Below, piece by piece: positions 1 to 15,200 of a stretch of 64,000 nt of DNA. The translations under genes and the position numbers were made by a program. The notes below the pieces were generated by a model. It was not told the DNA's origin. It saw only the letters and a list, made by a program, of their open reading frames with translations, and made no database searches. The DNA comes from Auanema rhodensis (Eukaryota > Animalia > Nematoda), in the NCBI GenBank assembly GCA_964057225.1, contig OZ059900.1:6572001-6636000 (forward strand), read 5' to 3'. Every line of letters starts with the position of its first letter. Position 1 is the stretch's first letter.

Positions 1-149
1 ACCTACGCGGGCAATGCCCATTGGATTTCAAGTCCAACTCCTTAACCACTCGGACATCGCTGCTTATTTCAAGCAATCCTTTTTTAATAGAGAAAGGCAA
101 CTAGTTCATAAAAATTCCATACAATATCAACAAAAGAAACAAAAACTTA

Positions 150-231
150 CGCAGCGAGCAGGGTTCGAACCTACGCGGGCAATGCCCATTGGATTTCAAG
201 TCCAACTCCTTAACCACTCGGACATCGCTGC
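150..231 (-). tRNA. tRNA-Ser(TGA), representative first complete copy
   Basis: Reverse complement GCAGCGA TG TCC GAGTGGTTAA GGA G TTGGA CTTGAAA TCCAA TGGGCATTGCCCGC GTAGG TTCGAAC CCTGC TCGCTGC G. It has a 7-bp acceptor stem, anticodon TGA, long variable arm GGGC/GCCC, discriminator G73, no encoded CCA, and is followed by TAAGTTTTT (Pol III terminator). Confidence 0.97.
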
Positions 232-3200
232 TTATTTCAAGCAATCCTTTTTTAATAGAGAAAGGCAACTAGTTCATAAAAATTCCATACAATATCAACA
301 AATGAAACAAAAACTTACGCAGCGAGCAGGGTTCGAACCTACGCGGGAAATGCCCATTGGATTTCAAGTCCAACTCCTTAACCACTCGGACATCGCTGCT
401 TATTTCAAGCAATCCGTTTTTAATAGAGAAAGGCAACTAGTTCATAAAAGTTCCATACAATATCAACAAATGAAACAAAAACTTACGCAGCGAGCAGGGT
501 TCGAACCTACGCGGGCAATGCCCATTGGATTTCAAGTCCAACTCCTTAACCACTCGGACATCGCTGCTTATTTCAAGCAATCTTTTTTTAACAGAGAAAG
601 GCAACTAGTTCATGAAAATTCCATACAATATCAACAAATGAAACAAAAACTTACGCAGCGAGCAGGGTTCGAACCTACGCGGGCAATGCCCATTGGATTT
701 CAAGTCCAACTCCTTAACCACTCGGACATCGCTGCTTATTTCAAGCAATCTTTTTTTAGCAGAGAAAGGCAACTAGTTCAATGAAAATTCCATACAATAT
801 CAACAAATGAAACAAAAACTTACGCAGCGAGCAGGGTTCGAACCTACGCGGGCAATGCCCATTGGATTTCAAGTCCAACTCCTTAACCACTCGGACATCG
901 CTGCTTATTTCAAGCAATCCGTTTTTAATAGAGAAAGGCAACTAGTTCATAAAAGTTCCATACAATATCAACAAATGAAACAAAAACTTACGCAGCGAGC
1001 AGGGTTCGAACCTACGCGGGCAATGCCCATTGGATTTCAAGTCCAACTCCTTAACCACTCGGACATCGCTGCTTATTTCAAGCAATCCGTTTTTAATAGA
1101 GAAAGGCAACTAGTTCATAAAAGTTCCATACAATATCAACAAATGAAACAAAAACTTACGCAGCGAGCAGGGTTCGAACCTACGCGGGCAATGCCCATTG
1201 GATTTCAAGTCCAACTCCTTAACCACTCGGACATCGCTGCTTATTTCAAGCAATCCTTTTTTAATAGAGAAAGGCAACTAGTTCATGAAAATTCCATACA
1301 ATATCAACAAAAGAAACAAAAACTTACGCAGCGAGCAGGGTTCGAACCTACGCGGGCAATGCCCATTGGATTTCAAGTCCAACTCCTTAACCACTCGGAC
1401 ATCGCTGCTTATTTCAAGCAATCTTTTTTTAACAGAGAAAGGCAACTAGTTCATAAAAATTCCATACAATATCAACAAATGAAACAAAAATTTACGCAGC
1501 GAGCAGGGTTCGAACCTACGCGGGCAATGCCCATTGGATTTCAAGTCCAACTCCTTAACCACTCGGACATCGCTGCTTATTTCAAGCAATCTTTTTTTAA
1601 CAGAGAAAGGCAACTAGTTCATAAAAGTTCCATACAATATCAACAAATGAAACAAAAACTTACGCAGCGAGCAGGGTTCGAACCTACGCGGGCAATGCCC
1701 ATTGGATTTCAAGTCCAACTCCTTAACCACTCGGACATCGCTGCTTATTTCAAGCAATCCTTTTTTAATAGAGAAAGGCAACTAGTTCATAAAAGTTCCA
1801 TACAATATCAACAAATGAAACAAAAACTTACGCAGCGAGCAGGGTTCGAACCTACGCGGGCAATGCCCATTGGATTTCAAGTCCAACTCCTTAACCACTC
1901 GGACATCGCTGCTTATTTCAAGCAATCTTTTTTTAACAGAGAAAGGCAACTAGTTCATAAAAGTTCCATACAATATCAACAAAAGAAACAAAAACTTACG
2001 CAGCGAGCAGGGTTCGAACCTACGCGGGCAATGCCCATTGGATTTCAAGTCCAACTCCTTAACCACTCGGACATCGCTGCTTATTTCAAGCAATCTTTTT
2101 TTAACAGAGAAAGGCAACTAGTTCATAAAAGTTCCATACAATATCAACAAATGAAACAAAAACTTACGCAGCGAGCAGGGTTCGAACCTACGCGGGCAAT
2201 GCCCATTGCATTTCAAGTCCAACTCCTTAACCACTCGGACATCGCTGCTTATTTCAAGCAATCTTTTTTTAACAGAGAAAGGCAACTAGTTCATGAAAAT
2301 TCCATACAATATCAACAAATGAAACAAAAACTTACGCAGCGAGCAGGGTTCGAACCTACGCGGGCAATGCCCATTGGATTTCAAGTCCAACTCCTTAACC
2401 ACTCGGACATCGCTGCTTATTTCAAGCAATCTTTTTTTAACAGAGAAAGGCAACTAGTTCATGAAAATTCCATACAATATCAACAAATGAAACAAAAACT
2501 TACGCAGCGAGCAGGGTTCGAACCTACGCGGGCAATGCCCATTGGATTTCAAGTCCAACTCCTTAACCACTCGGACATCGCTGCTTATTTCAAGCAATCT
2601 TTTTTTAACAGAGAAAGGCAACTAGTTCATGAAAATTCCATACAATATCAACAAATGAAACAAAAACTTACGCAGCGAGCAGGGTTCGAACCTACGCGGG
2701 CAATGCCCATTGGATTTCAAGTCCAACTCCTTAACCACTCGGACATCGCTGCTTATTTCAAGCAATCTTTTTTTAACAGAGAAAGGCAACTAGTTCAATG
2801 AAAATTCCATACAATATCAACAAATGAAACAAAAACTTACGCAGCGAGCAGGGTTCGAACCTACGCGGGCAATGCCCATTCGATTTCAAGTCCAACTCCT
2901 TAACCACTCGGACATCGCTGCTTATTTCAAGCAATCCGTTTTTAATAGAGAAAGGCAACTAGTTCATAAAAGTTCCATACAATATCAACAAATGAAACAA
3001 AAACTTACGCAGCGAGCAGGGTTCGAACCTACGCGGGCAATGCCCATTGGATTTCAAGTCCAACTCCTTAACCACTCGGACATCGCTGCTTATTTCAAGC
3101 AATCCGTTTTTAATAGAGAAAGGCAACTAGTTCATGAAAATTCCATACAATATCAACAAATGAAACAAAAACTTACGCAGCGAGCAGGGTTCGAACCTAC

Positions 3201-6200
3201 GCGGGCAATGCCCATTGGATTTCAAGTCCAACTCCTTAACCACTCGGACATCGCTGCTTATTTCAAGCAATCTTTTTTTAACAGAGAAAGGCAACTAGTT
3301 CATGAAAATTCCATACAATATCAACAAATGAAACAAAAACTTACGCAGCGAGCAGGGTTCGAACCTACGCGGGCAATGCCCATTGGATTTCAAGTCCAAC
3401 TCCTTAACCACTCGGACATCGCTGCTTATTTCAAGCAATCTTTTTTTAACAGAGAAAGGCAACTAGTTCAATGAAAATTCCATACAATATCAACAAATGA
3501 AACAAAAACTTACGCAGCGAGCAGGGTTCGAACCTACGCGGGCAATGCCCATTGGATTTCAAGTCCAACTCCTTAACCACTCGGACATCGCTGCTTATTT
3601 CAAGCAATCCGTTTTTAATAGAGAAAGGCAACTAGTTCATAAAAGTTCCATACAATATCAACAAATGAAACAAAAACTTACGCAGCGAGCAGGGTTCGAA
3701 CCTACGCGGGCAATGCCCATTGGATTTCAAGTCCAACTCCTTAACCACTCGGACATCGCTGCTTATTTCAAGCAATCCGTTTTTAATAGAGAAAGGCAAC
3801 TAGTTCATAAAAGTTCCATACAATATCAACAAATGAAACAAAAACTTACGCAGCGAGCAGGGTTCGAACCTACGCGGGCAATGCCCATTGGATTTCAAGT
3901 CCAACTCCTTAACCACTCGGACATCGCTGCTTATTTCAAGCAATCCTTTTTTAATAGAGAAAGGCAACTAGTTCATGAAAATTCCATACAATATCAACAA
4001 AAGAAACAAAAACTTACGCAGCGAGCAGGGTTCGAACCTACGCGGGCAATGCCCATTGGATTTCAAGTCCAACTCCTTAACCACTCGGACATCGCTGCTT
4101 ATTTCAAGCAATCTTTTTTTAACAGAGAAAGGCAACTAGTTCATAAAAATTCCATACAATATCAACAAATGAAACAAAAATTTACGCAGCGAGCAGGGTT
4201 CGAACCTACGCGGGCAATGCCCATTGGATTTCAAGTCCAACTCCTTAACCACTCGGACATCGCTGCTTATTTCAAGCAATCTTTTTTTAACAGAGAAAGG
4301 CAACTAGTTCATAAAAGTTCCATACAATATCAACAAATGAAACAAAAACTTACGCAGCGAGCAGGGTTCGAACCTACGCGGGCAATGCCCATTGGATTTC
4401 AAGTCCAACTCCTTAACCACTCGGACATCGCTGCTTATTTCAAGCAATCTTTTTTTAACAGAGAAAGGCAACTAGTTCATAAAAGTTCCATACAATATCA
4501 ACAAATGAAACAAAAACTTACGCAGCGAGCAGGGTTCGAACCTACGCGGGCAATGCCCATTGCATTTCAAGTCCAACTCCTTAACCACTCGGACATCGCT
4601 GCTTATTTCAAGCAATCTTTTTTTAACAGAGAAAGGCAACTAGTTCATGAAAATTCCATACAATATCAACAAATGAAACAAAAACTTACGCAGCGAGCAG
4701 GGTTCGAACCTACGCGGGCAATGCCCATTGGATTTCAAGTCCAACTCCTTAACCACTCGGACATCGCTGCTTATTTCAAGCAATCTTTTTTTAACAGAGA
4801 AAGGCAACTAGTTCATGAAAATTCCATACAATATCAACAAATGAAACAAAAACTTACGCAGCGAGCAGGGTTCGAACCTACGCGGGCAATGCCCATTGGA
4901 TTTCAAGTCCAACTCCTTAACCACTCGGACATCGCTGCTTATTTCAAGCAATCCTTTTTTAATAGAGAAAGGCAACTAGTTCATAAAAATTCCATACAAT
5001 ATCAACAAATGAAACAAAAACTTACGCAGCGAGCAGGGTTCGAACCTACGCGGGCAATGCCCATTGGATTTCAAGTCCAACTCCTTAACCACTCGGACAT
5101 CGCTGCTTATTTCAAGCAGTCCTTTTTTAATAGAGAAAGGCAACTAGTTCATAAAAATTCCATACAATATCAACAAAAGAAACAAAAACTTACGCAGCGA
5201 GCAGGGTTCGAACCTACGCGGGCAATGCCCATTGGATTTCAAGTCCAACTCCTTAACCACTCGGACATCTCTGCTTATTTCAAGCAATCCTTTTTTAATA
5301 GAGAAAGGCAACTAGTTCATAAAAATTCCATACAATATCAACAAATGAAACAAAAACTTACGCAGCGAGCAGGGTTCGAACCTACGCGGGCAATGCCCAT
5401 TGGATTTCAAGTCCAACTCCTTAACCACTCGGACATCGCTGCTTATTTCAAGCAATCCGTTTTTAATAGAGAAAGGCAACTAGTTCATAAAAGTTCCATA
5501 CAATATCAACAAATGAAACAAAAACTTACGCAGCGAGCAGGGTTCGAACCTACGCGGGCAATGCCCATTGGATTTCAAGTCCAACTCCTTAACCACTCGG
5601 ACATCGCTGCTTATTTCAAGCAATCCGTTTTTAATAGAGAAAGGCAACTAGTTCATAAAAGTTCCATACAATATCAACAAATGAAACAAAAACTTACGCA
5701 GCGAGCAGGGTTCGAACCTACGCGGGCAATGCCCATTGGATTTCAAGTCCAACTCCTTAACCACTCGGACATCGCTGCTTATTTCAAGCAATCTTTTTTT
5801 AACAGAGAAAGGCAACTAGTTCATAAAAGTTCCATACAATATCAACAAATGAAACAAAAACTTACGCAGCGAGCAGGGTTCGAACCTACGCGGGCAATGC
5901 CCATAGGATTTCAAGTCCAACTCCTTAACCACTCGGACATCGCTGCTTATTTCAAGCAATCTTTTTTTAACAGAGAAAGGCAACTAGTTCAAAAAATTCC
6001 ATACAATATCAACAAAAGAAACAAAAACTTACGCAGCGAGCAGGGTTCGAACCTACGCGGGCAATGCCCATTGGATTTCAAGTCCAACTCCTTAACCACT
6101 CGGACATCGCTGCTTATTTCAAGCAATCCTTTTTTAATAGAGAAAGGCAACTAGTTCATAAAAGTTCCATACAATATCAACAAATGAAACAAAAACTTAC

Positions 6201-9200
6201 GCAGCGAGCAGGGTTCGAACCTACGCGGGCAATGCCCATTGGATTTCAAGTCCAACTCCTTAACCACTCGGACATCGCTGCTTATTTCAAGCAATCTTTT
6301 TTTAACAGAGAAAGGCAACTAGTTCATAAAAGTTCCATACAATATCAACAAATGAAACAAAAACTTACGCAGCGAGCAGGGTTCGAACCTACGCGGGCAA
6401 TGCCCATTGGATTTCAAGTCCAACTCCTTAACCACTCGGACATCGCTGCTTATTTCAAGCAATCTTTTTTTAACAGAGAAAGGCAACTAGTTCATAAAAA
6501 TTCCATACAATATCAACAAAAGAAACAAAAACTTACGCAGCGAGCAGGGTTCGAACCTACGCGGGCAATGCCCATTGGATTTCAAGTCCAACTCCTTAAC
6601 CACTCGGACATCGCTGCTTATTTCAAGCAATCCTTTTTTAATAGAGAAAGGCAACTAGTTCATAAAAATTCCATACAATATCAACAAAAGAAACAAAAAC
6701 TTACGCAGCGAGCAGGGTTCGAACCTACGCGGGCAATGCCCATTGGATTTCAAGTCCAACTCCTTAACCACTCGGACATCGCTGCTTATTTCAAGCAATC
6801 TTTTTTTAACAGAGAAAGGCAACTAGTTCATAAAAGTTCCATACAATATCAACAAATGAAACAAAAACTTACGCAGCGAGCAGGGTTCGAACCTACGCGG
6901 GCAATGCCCATTGGATTTCAAGTCCAACTCCTTAACCACTCGGACATCGCTGCTTATTTCAAGCAATCTTTTTTTAACAGAGAAAGGCAACTAGTTCATA
7001 AAAATTCCATACAATATCAACAAAAGAAACAAAAACTTACGCAGCGAGCAGGGTTCGAACCTACGCGGGCAATGCCCATTGGATTTCAAGTCCAACTCCT
7101 TAACCACTCGGACATCGCTGCTTATTTCAAGCAATCCTTTTTTAATAGAGAAAGGCAACTAGTTCATAAAAATTCCATACAATATCAACAAAAGAAACAA
7201 AAACTTACGCAGCGAGCAGGGTTCGAACCTACGCGGGCAATGCCCATTGGATTTCAAGTCCAACTCCTTAACCACTCGGACATCGCTGCTTATTTCAAGC
7301 AATCCTTTTTTAATAGAGAAAGGCAACTAGTTCATAAAAATTCCATACAATATCAACAAATGAAACAAAAACTTACGCAGCGAGCAGGGTTCGAACCTAC
7401 GCGGGCAATGCCCATTGGATTTCAAGTCCAACTCCTTAACCACTCGGACATCGCTGCTTATTTCAAGCAATCTTTTTTTAACAGAGAAAGGCAACTAGTT
7501 CATGAAAATTCCATACAATATCAACAAATGAAACAAAAACTTACGCAGCGAGCAGGGTTCGAACCTACGCGGGCAATGCCCATTGGATTTCAAGTCCAAC
7601 TCCTTAACCACTCGGACATCGCTGCTTATTTCAAGCAATCTTTTTTTAACAGAGAAAGGCAACTAGTTCATAAAAATTCCATACAATATCAACAAAAGAA
7701 ACAAAAACTTACGCAGCGAGCAGGGTTCGAACCTACTCGGGCAATGCCCATTGGATTTCAAGTCCAACTCCTTAACCACTCGGACATCGCTGCTTATTTC
7801 AAGCAATCCTTTTTTAATAGAGAAAGGCAACTAGTTCATAAAAATTCCATACAATATCAACAAAAGAAACAAAAACTTACGCAGCGAGCAGGGTTCGAAC
7901 CTACGCGGGCAATGCCCATTGGATTTCAAGTCCAACTCCTTAACCACTCGGACATCGCTGCTTATTTCAAGCAATCCTTTTTTAATAGAGAAAGGCAACT
8001 AGTTCATAAAAGTTCCATACAATATCAACAAATGAAACAAAAACTTACGCAGCGAGCAGGGTTCGAACCTACGCGGGCAATGCCCATTGGATTTCAAGTC
8101 CAACTCCTTAACCACTCGGACATCGCTGCTTATTTCAAGCAATCTTTTTTTAACAGAGAAAGGCAACTAGTTCATAAAAGTTCCATACAATATCAACAAA
8201 TGAAACAAAAACTTACGCAGCGAGCAGGGTTCGAACCTACGCGGGCAATGCCCATTGGATTTCAAGTCCAACTCCTTAACCACTCGGACATCGCTGCTTA
8301 TTTCAAGCAATCTTTTTTTAACAGAGAAAGGCAACTAGTTCATAAAAATTCCATACAATATCAACAAAAGAAACAAAAACTTACGCAGCGAGCAGGGTTC
8401 GAACCTACGCGGGCAATGCCCATTGGATTTCAAGTCCAACTCCTTAACCACTCGGACATCGCTGCTTATTTCAAGCAATCCTTTTTTAATAGAGAAAGGC
8501 AACTAGTTCATAAAAATTCCATACAATATCAACAAAAGAAACAAAAACTTACGCAGCGAGCAGGGTTCGAACCTACGCGGGCAATGCCCATTGGATTTCA
8601 AGTCCAACTCCTTAACCACTCGGACATCGCTGCTTATTTCAAGCAATCTTTTTTTAACAGAGAAAGGCAACTAGTTCATAAAAGTTCCATACAATATCAA
8701 CAAATGAAACAAAAACTTACGCAGCGAGCAGGGTTCGAACCTACGCGGGCAATGCCCATTGGATTTCAAGTCCAACTCCTTAACCACTCGGACATCGCTG
8801 CTTATTTCAAGCAATCTTTTTTTAACAGAGAAAGGCAACTAGTTCATAAAAATTCCATACAATATCAACAAAAGAAACAAAAACTTACGCAGCGAGCAGG
8901 GTTCGAACCTACGCGGGCAATGCCCATTGGATTTCAAGTCCAACTCCTTAACCACTCGGACATCGCTGCTTATTTCAAGCAATCCTTTTTTAATAGAGAA
9001 AGGCAACTAGTTCATAAAAATTCCATACAATATCAACAAAAGAAACAAAAACTTACGCAGCGAGCAGGGTTCGAACCTACGCGGGCAATGCCCATTGGAT
9101 TTCAAGTCCAACTCCTTAACCACTCGGACATCGCTGCTTATTTCAAGCAATCTTTTTTTAACAGAGAAAGGCAACTAGTTCAATGAAAATTCCATACAAT

Positions 9201-12200
9201 ATCAACAAATGAAACAAAAACTTACGCAGCGAGCAGGGTTCGAACCTACGCGGGCAATGCCCATTGGATTTCAAGTCCAACTCCTTAACCACTCGGACAT
9301 CGCTGCTTATTTCAAGCAATCTTTTTTTAACAGAGAAAGGCAACTAGTTCATGAAAATTCCATACAATATCAACAAATGAAACAAAAACTTACGCAGCGA
9401 GCAGGGTTCGAACCTACGCGGGCAATGCCCATTGGATTTCAAGTCCAACTCCTTAACCACTCGGACATCGCTGCTTATTTCAAGCAATCTTTTTTTAACA
9501 GAGAAAGGCAACTAGTTCATAAAAATTCCATACAATATCAACAAAAGAAACAAAAACTTACGCAGCGAGCAGGGTTCGAACCTACTCGGGCAATGCCCAT
9601 TGGATTTCAAGTCCAACTCCTTAACCACTCGGACATCGCTGCTTATTTCAAGCAATCCTTTTTTAATAGAGAAAGGCAACTAGTTCATAAAAATTCCATA
9701 CAATATCAACAAAAGAAACAAAAACTTACGCAGCGAGCAGGGTTCGAACCTACGCGGGCAATGCCCATTGGATTTCAAGTCCAACTCCTTAACCACTCGG
9801 ACATCGCTGCTTATTTCAAGCAATCTTTTTTTAACAGAGAAAGGCAACTAGTTCAATGAAAATTCCATACAATATCAACAAATGAAACAAAAACTTACGC
9901 AGCGAGCAGGGTTCGAACCTACGCGGGCAATGCCCATTGGATTTCAAGTCCAACTCCTTAACCACTCGGACATCGCTGCTTATTTCAAGCAATCTTTTTT
10001 TAACAGAGAAAGGCAACTAGTTCATGAAAATTCCATACAATATCAACAAATGAAACAAAAACTTACGCAGCGAGCAGGGTTCGAACCTACGCGGGCAATG
10101 CCCATTGGATTTCAAGTCCAACTCCTTAACCACTCGGACATCGCTGCTTATTTCAAGCAATCTTTTTTTAACAGAGAAAGGCAACTAGTTCATAAAAATT
10201 CCATACAATATCAACAAAAGAAACAAAAACTTACGCAGCGAGCAGGGTTCGAACCTACGCGGGCAATGCCCATTGGATTTCAAGTCCAACTCCTTAACCA
10301 CTCGGACATCGCTGCTTATTTCAAGCAATCCGTTTTTAATAGAGAAAGGCAACTAGTTCATAAAAGTTCCATACAATATCAACAAATGAAACAAAAACTT
10401 ACGCAGCGAGCAGGGTTCGAACCTACGCGGGCAATGCCCATTGGATTTCAAGTCCAACTCCATAACCACTCGGACATCGCTGCTTATTTCAAGCAATCTT
10501 TTTTTAACAGAGAAAGGCAACTAGTTCATAAAAATTCCATACAATATCAACAAAAGAAACAAAAACTTACGCAGCGAGCAGGGTTCGAACCTACGCGGGC
10601 AATGCCCATTGGATTTCAAGTCCAACTCCTTAACCACTCGGACATCGCTGCTTATTTCAAGCAATCTTTTTTTAACAGAGAAAGGCAACTAGTTCATAAA
10701 AGTTCCATACAATATCAACAAATGAAACAAAAACTTACGCAGCGAGCAGGGTTCGAACCTACGCGGGCAATGCCCATTGGATTTCAAGTCCAACTCCTTA
10801 ACCACTCGGACATCGCTGCTTATTTCAAGCAATCTTTTTTTAACAGAGAAAGGCAACTAGTTCATAAAAATTCCATACAATATCAACAAAAGAAACAAAA
10901 ACTTACGCAGCGAGCAGGGTTCGAACCTACGCGGGCAATGCCCATTGGATTTCAAGTCCAACTCCTTAACCACTCGGACATCGCTGCTTATTTCAAGCAA
11001 TCTTTTTTTAACAGAGAAAGGCAACTAGTTCATGAAAATTCCATACAATATCAACAAATGAAACAAAAACTTACGCAGCGAGCAGGGTTCGAACCTACGC
11101 GGGCAATGCCCATTGGATTTCAAGTCCAACTCCTTAACCACTCGGACATCGCTGCTTATTTCAAGCAATCTTTTTTTAACAGAGAAAGGCAACTAGTTCA
11201 TAAAAATTCCATACAATATCAACAAAAGAAACAAAAACTTACGCAGCGAGCAGGGTTCGAACCTACGCGGGCAATGCCCATTGGATTTCAAGTCCAACTC
11301 CTTAACCACTCGGACATCGCTGCTTATTTCAAGCAATCTTTTTTTAACAGAGAAAGGCAACTAGTTCAATGAAAATTCCATACAATATCAACAAATGAAA
11401 CAAAAACTTACGCAGCGAGCAGGGTTCGAACCTACGCGGGCAATGCCCATTGGATTTCAAGTCCAACTCCTTAACCACTCGGACATCGCTGCTTATTTCA
11501 AGCAATCTTTTTTTAACAGAGAAAGGCAACTAGTTCATGAAAATTCCATACAATATCAACAAAAGAAACAAAAACTTACGCAGCGAGCAGGGTTCGAACC
11601 TACGCGGGCAATGCCCATTGGATTTCAAGTCCAACTCCTTAACCACTCGGACATCGCTGCTTATTTCAAGCAATCTTTTTTTAACAGAGAAAGGCAACTA
11701 GTTCAATGAAAATTCCATACAATATCAACAAATGAAACAAAAACTTACGCAGCGAGCAGGGTTCGAACCTACGCGGGCAATGCCCATTGGATTTCAAGTC
11801 CAACTCCTTAACCACTCGGACATCGCTGCTTATTTCAAGCAATCTTTTTTTAACAGAGAAAGGCAACTAGTTCATAAAAATTCCATACAATATCAACAAA
11901 AGAAACAAAAACTTACGCAGCGAGCAGGGTTCGAACCTACTCGGGCAATGCCCATTGGATTTCAAGTCCAACTCCTTAACCACTCGGACATCGCTGCTTA
12001 TTTCAAGCAATCCTTTTTTAATAGAGAAAGGCAACTAGTTCATAAAAATTCCATACAATATCAACAAAAGAAACAAAAACTTACGCAGCGAGCAGGGTTC
12101 GAACCTACGCGGGCAATGCCCATTGGATTTCAAGTCCAACTCCTTAACCACTCGGACATCGCTGCTTATTTCAAGCAATCTTTTTTTAACAGAGAAAGGC

Positions 12201-15200
12201 AACTAGTTCAATGAAAATTCCATACAATATCAACAAATGAAACAAAAACTTACGCAGCGAGCAGGGTTCGAACCTACGCGGGCAATGCCCATTGGATTTC
12301 AAGTCCAACTCCTTAACCACTCGGACATCGCTGCTTATTTCAAGCAATCTTTTTTTAACAGAGAAAGGCAACTAGTTCATGAAAATTCCATACAATATCA
12401 ACAAATGAAACAAAAACTTACGCAGCGAGCAGGGTTCGAACCTACGCGGGCAATGCCCATTGGATTTCAAGTCCAACTCCTTAACCACTCGGACATCGCT
12501 GCTTATTTCAAGCAATCTTTTTTTAACAGAGAAAGGCAACTAGTTCATAAAAATTCCATACAATATCAACAAAAGAAACAAAAACTTACGCAGCGAGCAG
12601 GGTTCGAACCTACGCGGGCAATGCCCATTGGATTTCAAGTCCAACTCCTTAACCACTCGGACATCGCTGCTTATTTCAAGCAATCCGTTTTTAATAGAGA
12701 AAGGCAACTAGTTCATAAAAGTTCCATACAATATCAACAAATGAAACAAAAACTTACGCAGCGAGCAGGGTTCGAACCTACGCGGGCAATGCCCATTGGA
12801 TTTCAAGTCCAACTCCATAACCACTCGGACATCGCTGCTTATTTCAAGCAATCTTTTTTTAACAGAGAAAGGCAACTAGTTCATAAAAATTCCATACAAT
12901 ATCAACAAAAGAAACAAAAACTTACGCAGCGAGCAGGGTTCGAACCTACGCGGGCAATGCCCATTGGATTTCAAGTCCAACTCCTTAACCACTCGGACAT
13001 CGCTGCTTATTTCAAGCAATCCTTTTTTAATAGAGAAAGGCAACTAGTTCATAAAAATTCCATACAATATCAACAAAAGAAACAAAAACTTACGCAGCGA
13101 GCAGGGTTCGAACCTACGCGGGCAATGCCCATTGGATTTCAAGTCCAACTCCTTAACCACTCGGACATCGCTGCTTATTTCAAGCAATCTTTTTTTAACA
13201 GAGAAAGGCAACTAGTTCATAAAAGTTCCATACAATATCAACAAATGAAACAAAAACTTACGCAGCGAGCAGGGTTCGAACCTACGCGGGCAATGCCCAT
13301 TGGATTTCAAGTCCAACTCCTTAACCACTCGGACATCGCTGCTTATTTCAAGCAATCTTTTTTTAACAGAGAAAGGCAACTAGTTCATAAAAATTCCATA
13401 CAATATCAACAAAAGAAACAAAAACTTACGCAGCGAGCAGGGTTCGAACCTACGCGGGCAATGCCCATTGGATTTCAAGTCCAACTCCTTAACCACTCGG
13501 ACATCGCTGCTTATTTCAAGCAATCTTTTTTTAACAGAGAAAGGCAACTAGTTCATAAAAATTCCATACAATATCAACAAAAGAAACAAAAACTTACGCA
13601 GCGAGCAGGGTTCGAACCTACGCGGGCAATGCCCATTGGATTTCAAGTCCAACTCCTTAACCACTCGGACATCGCTGCTTATTTCAAGCAATCTTTTTTT
13701 AACAGAGAAAGGCAACTAGTTCATAAAAATTCCATACAATATCAACAAATGAAACAAAAACTTACGCAGCGAGCAGGGTTCGAACCTACGCGGGCAATGC
13801 CCATTGGATTTCAAGTCCAACTCCTTAACCACTCGGACATCGCTGCTTATTTCAAGCAATCTTTTTTTAACAGAGAAAGGCAACTAGTTCATAAAAATTC
13901 CATACAATATCAACAAAAGAAACAAAAACTTACGCAGCGAGCAGGGTTCGAACCTACGCGGGCAATGCCCATTGGATTTCAAGTCCAACTCCTTAACCAC
14001 TCGGACATCGCTGCTTATTTCAAGCAATCTTTTTTTAACAGAGAAAGGCAACTAGTTCATAAAAGTTCCATACAATATCAACAAATGAAACAAAAACTTA
14101 CGCAGCGAGCAGGGTTCGAACCTACGCGGGCAATGCCCATTGGATTTCAAGTCCAACTCCTTAACCACTCGGACATCGCTGCTTATTTCAAGCAATCTTT
14201 TTTTAACAGAGAAAGGCAACTAGTTCATAAAAATTCCATACAATATCAACAAAAGAAACAAAAACTTACGCAGCGAGCAGGGTTCGAACCTACGCGGGCA
14301 ATGCCCATTGGATTTCAAGTCCAACTCCTTAACCACTCGGACATCGCTGCTTATTTCAAGCAATCTTTTTTTAACAGAGAAAGGCAACTAGTTCATGAAA
14401 ATTCCATACAATATCAACAAATGAAACAAAAACTTACGCAGCGAGCAGGGTTCGAACCTACGCGGGCAATGCCCATTGGATTTCAAGTCCAACTCCTTAA
14501 CCACTCGGACATCGCTGCTTATTTCAAGCAATCTTTTTTTAACAGAGAAAGGCAACTAGTTCATAAAAATTCCATACAATATCAACAAAAGAAACAAAAA
14601 CTTACGCAGCGAGCAGGGTTCGAACCTACGCGGGCAATGCCCATTGGATTTCAAGTCCAACTCCTTAACCACTCGGACATCGCTGCTTATTTCAAGCAAT
14701 CTTTTTTTAACAGAGAAAGGCAACTAGTTCATAAAAATTCCATACAATATCAACAAAAGAAACAAAAACTTACGCAGCGAGCAGGGTTCGAACCTACGCG
14801 GGCAATGCCCATTGGATTTCAAGTCCAACTCCTTAACCACTCGGACATCGCTGCTTATTTCAAGCAATCTTTTTTTAACAGAGAAAGGCAACTAGTTCAT
14901 AAAAATTCCATACAATATCAACAAAAGAAACAAAAACTTACGCAGCGAGCAGGGTTCGAACCTACGCGGGCAATGCCCATTGGATTTCAAGTCCAACTCC
15001 TTAACCACTCGGACATCGCTGCTTATTTCAAGCAATCCTTTTTTAACAGAGAAAGGCAACTAGTTCATAAAAGTTCCATACAATATCAACAAATGAAACA
15101 AAAACTTACGCAGCGAGCAGGGTTCGAACCTACGCGGGCAATGCCCATTGGATTTCAAGTCCAACTCCTTAACCACTCGGACATCGCTGCTTATTTCAAG

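Noticed and set aside
150-231. Selenocysteine or opal-suppressor tRNA
   Set aside because: The plus-strand 'tca' is the complement; the anticodon on the coding strand is TGA (reads UCA, Ser), and the stems are canonical Ser rather than Sec.
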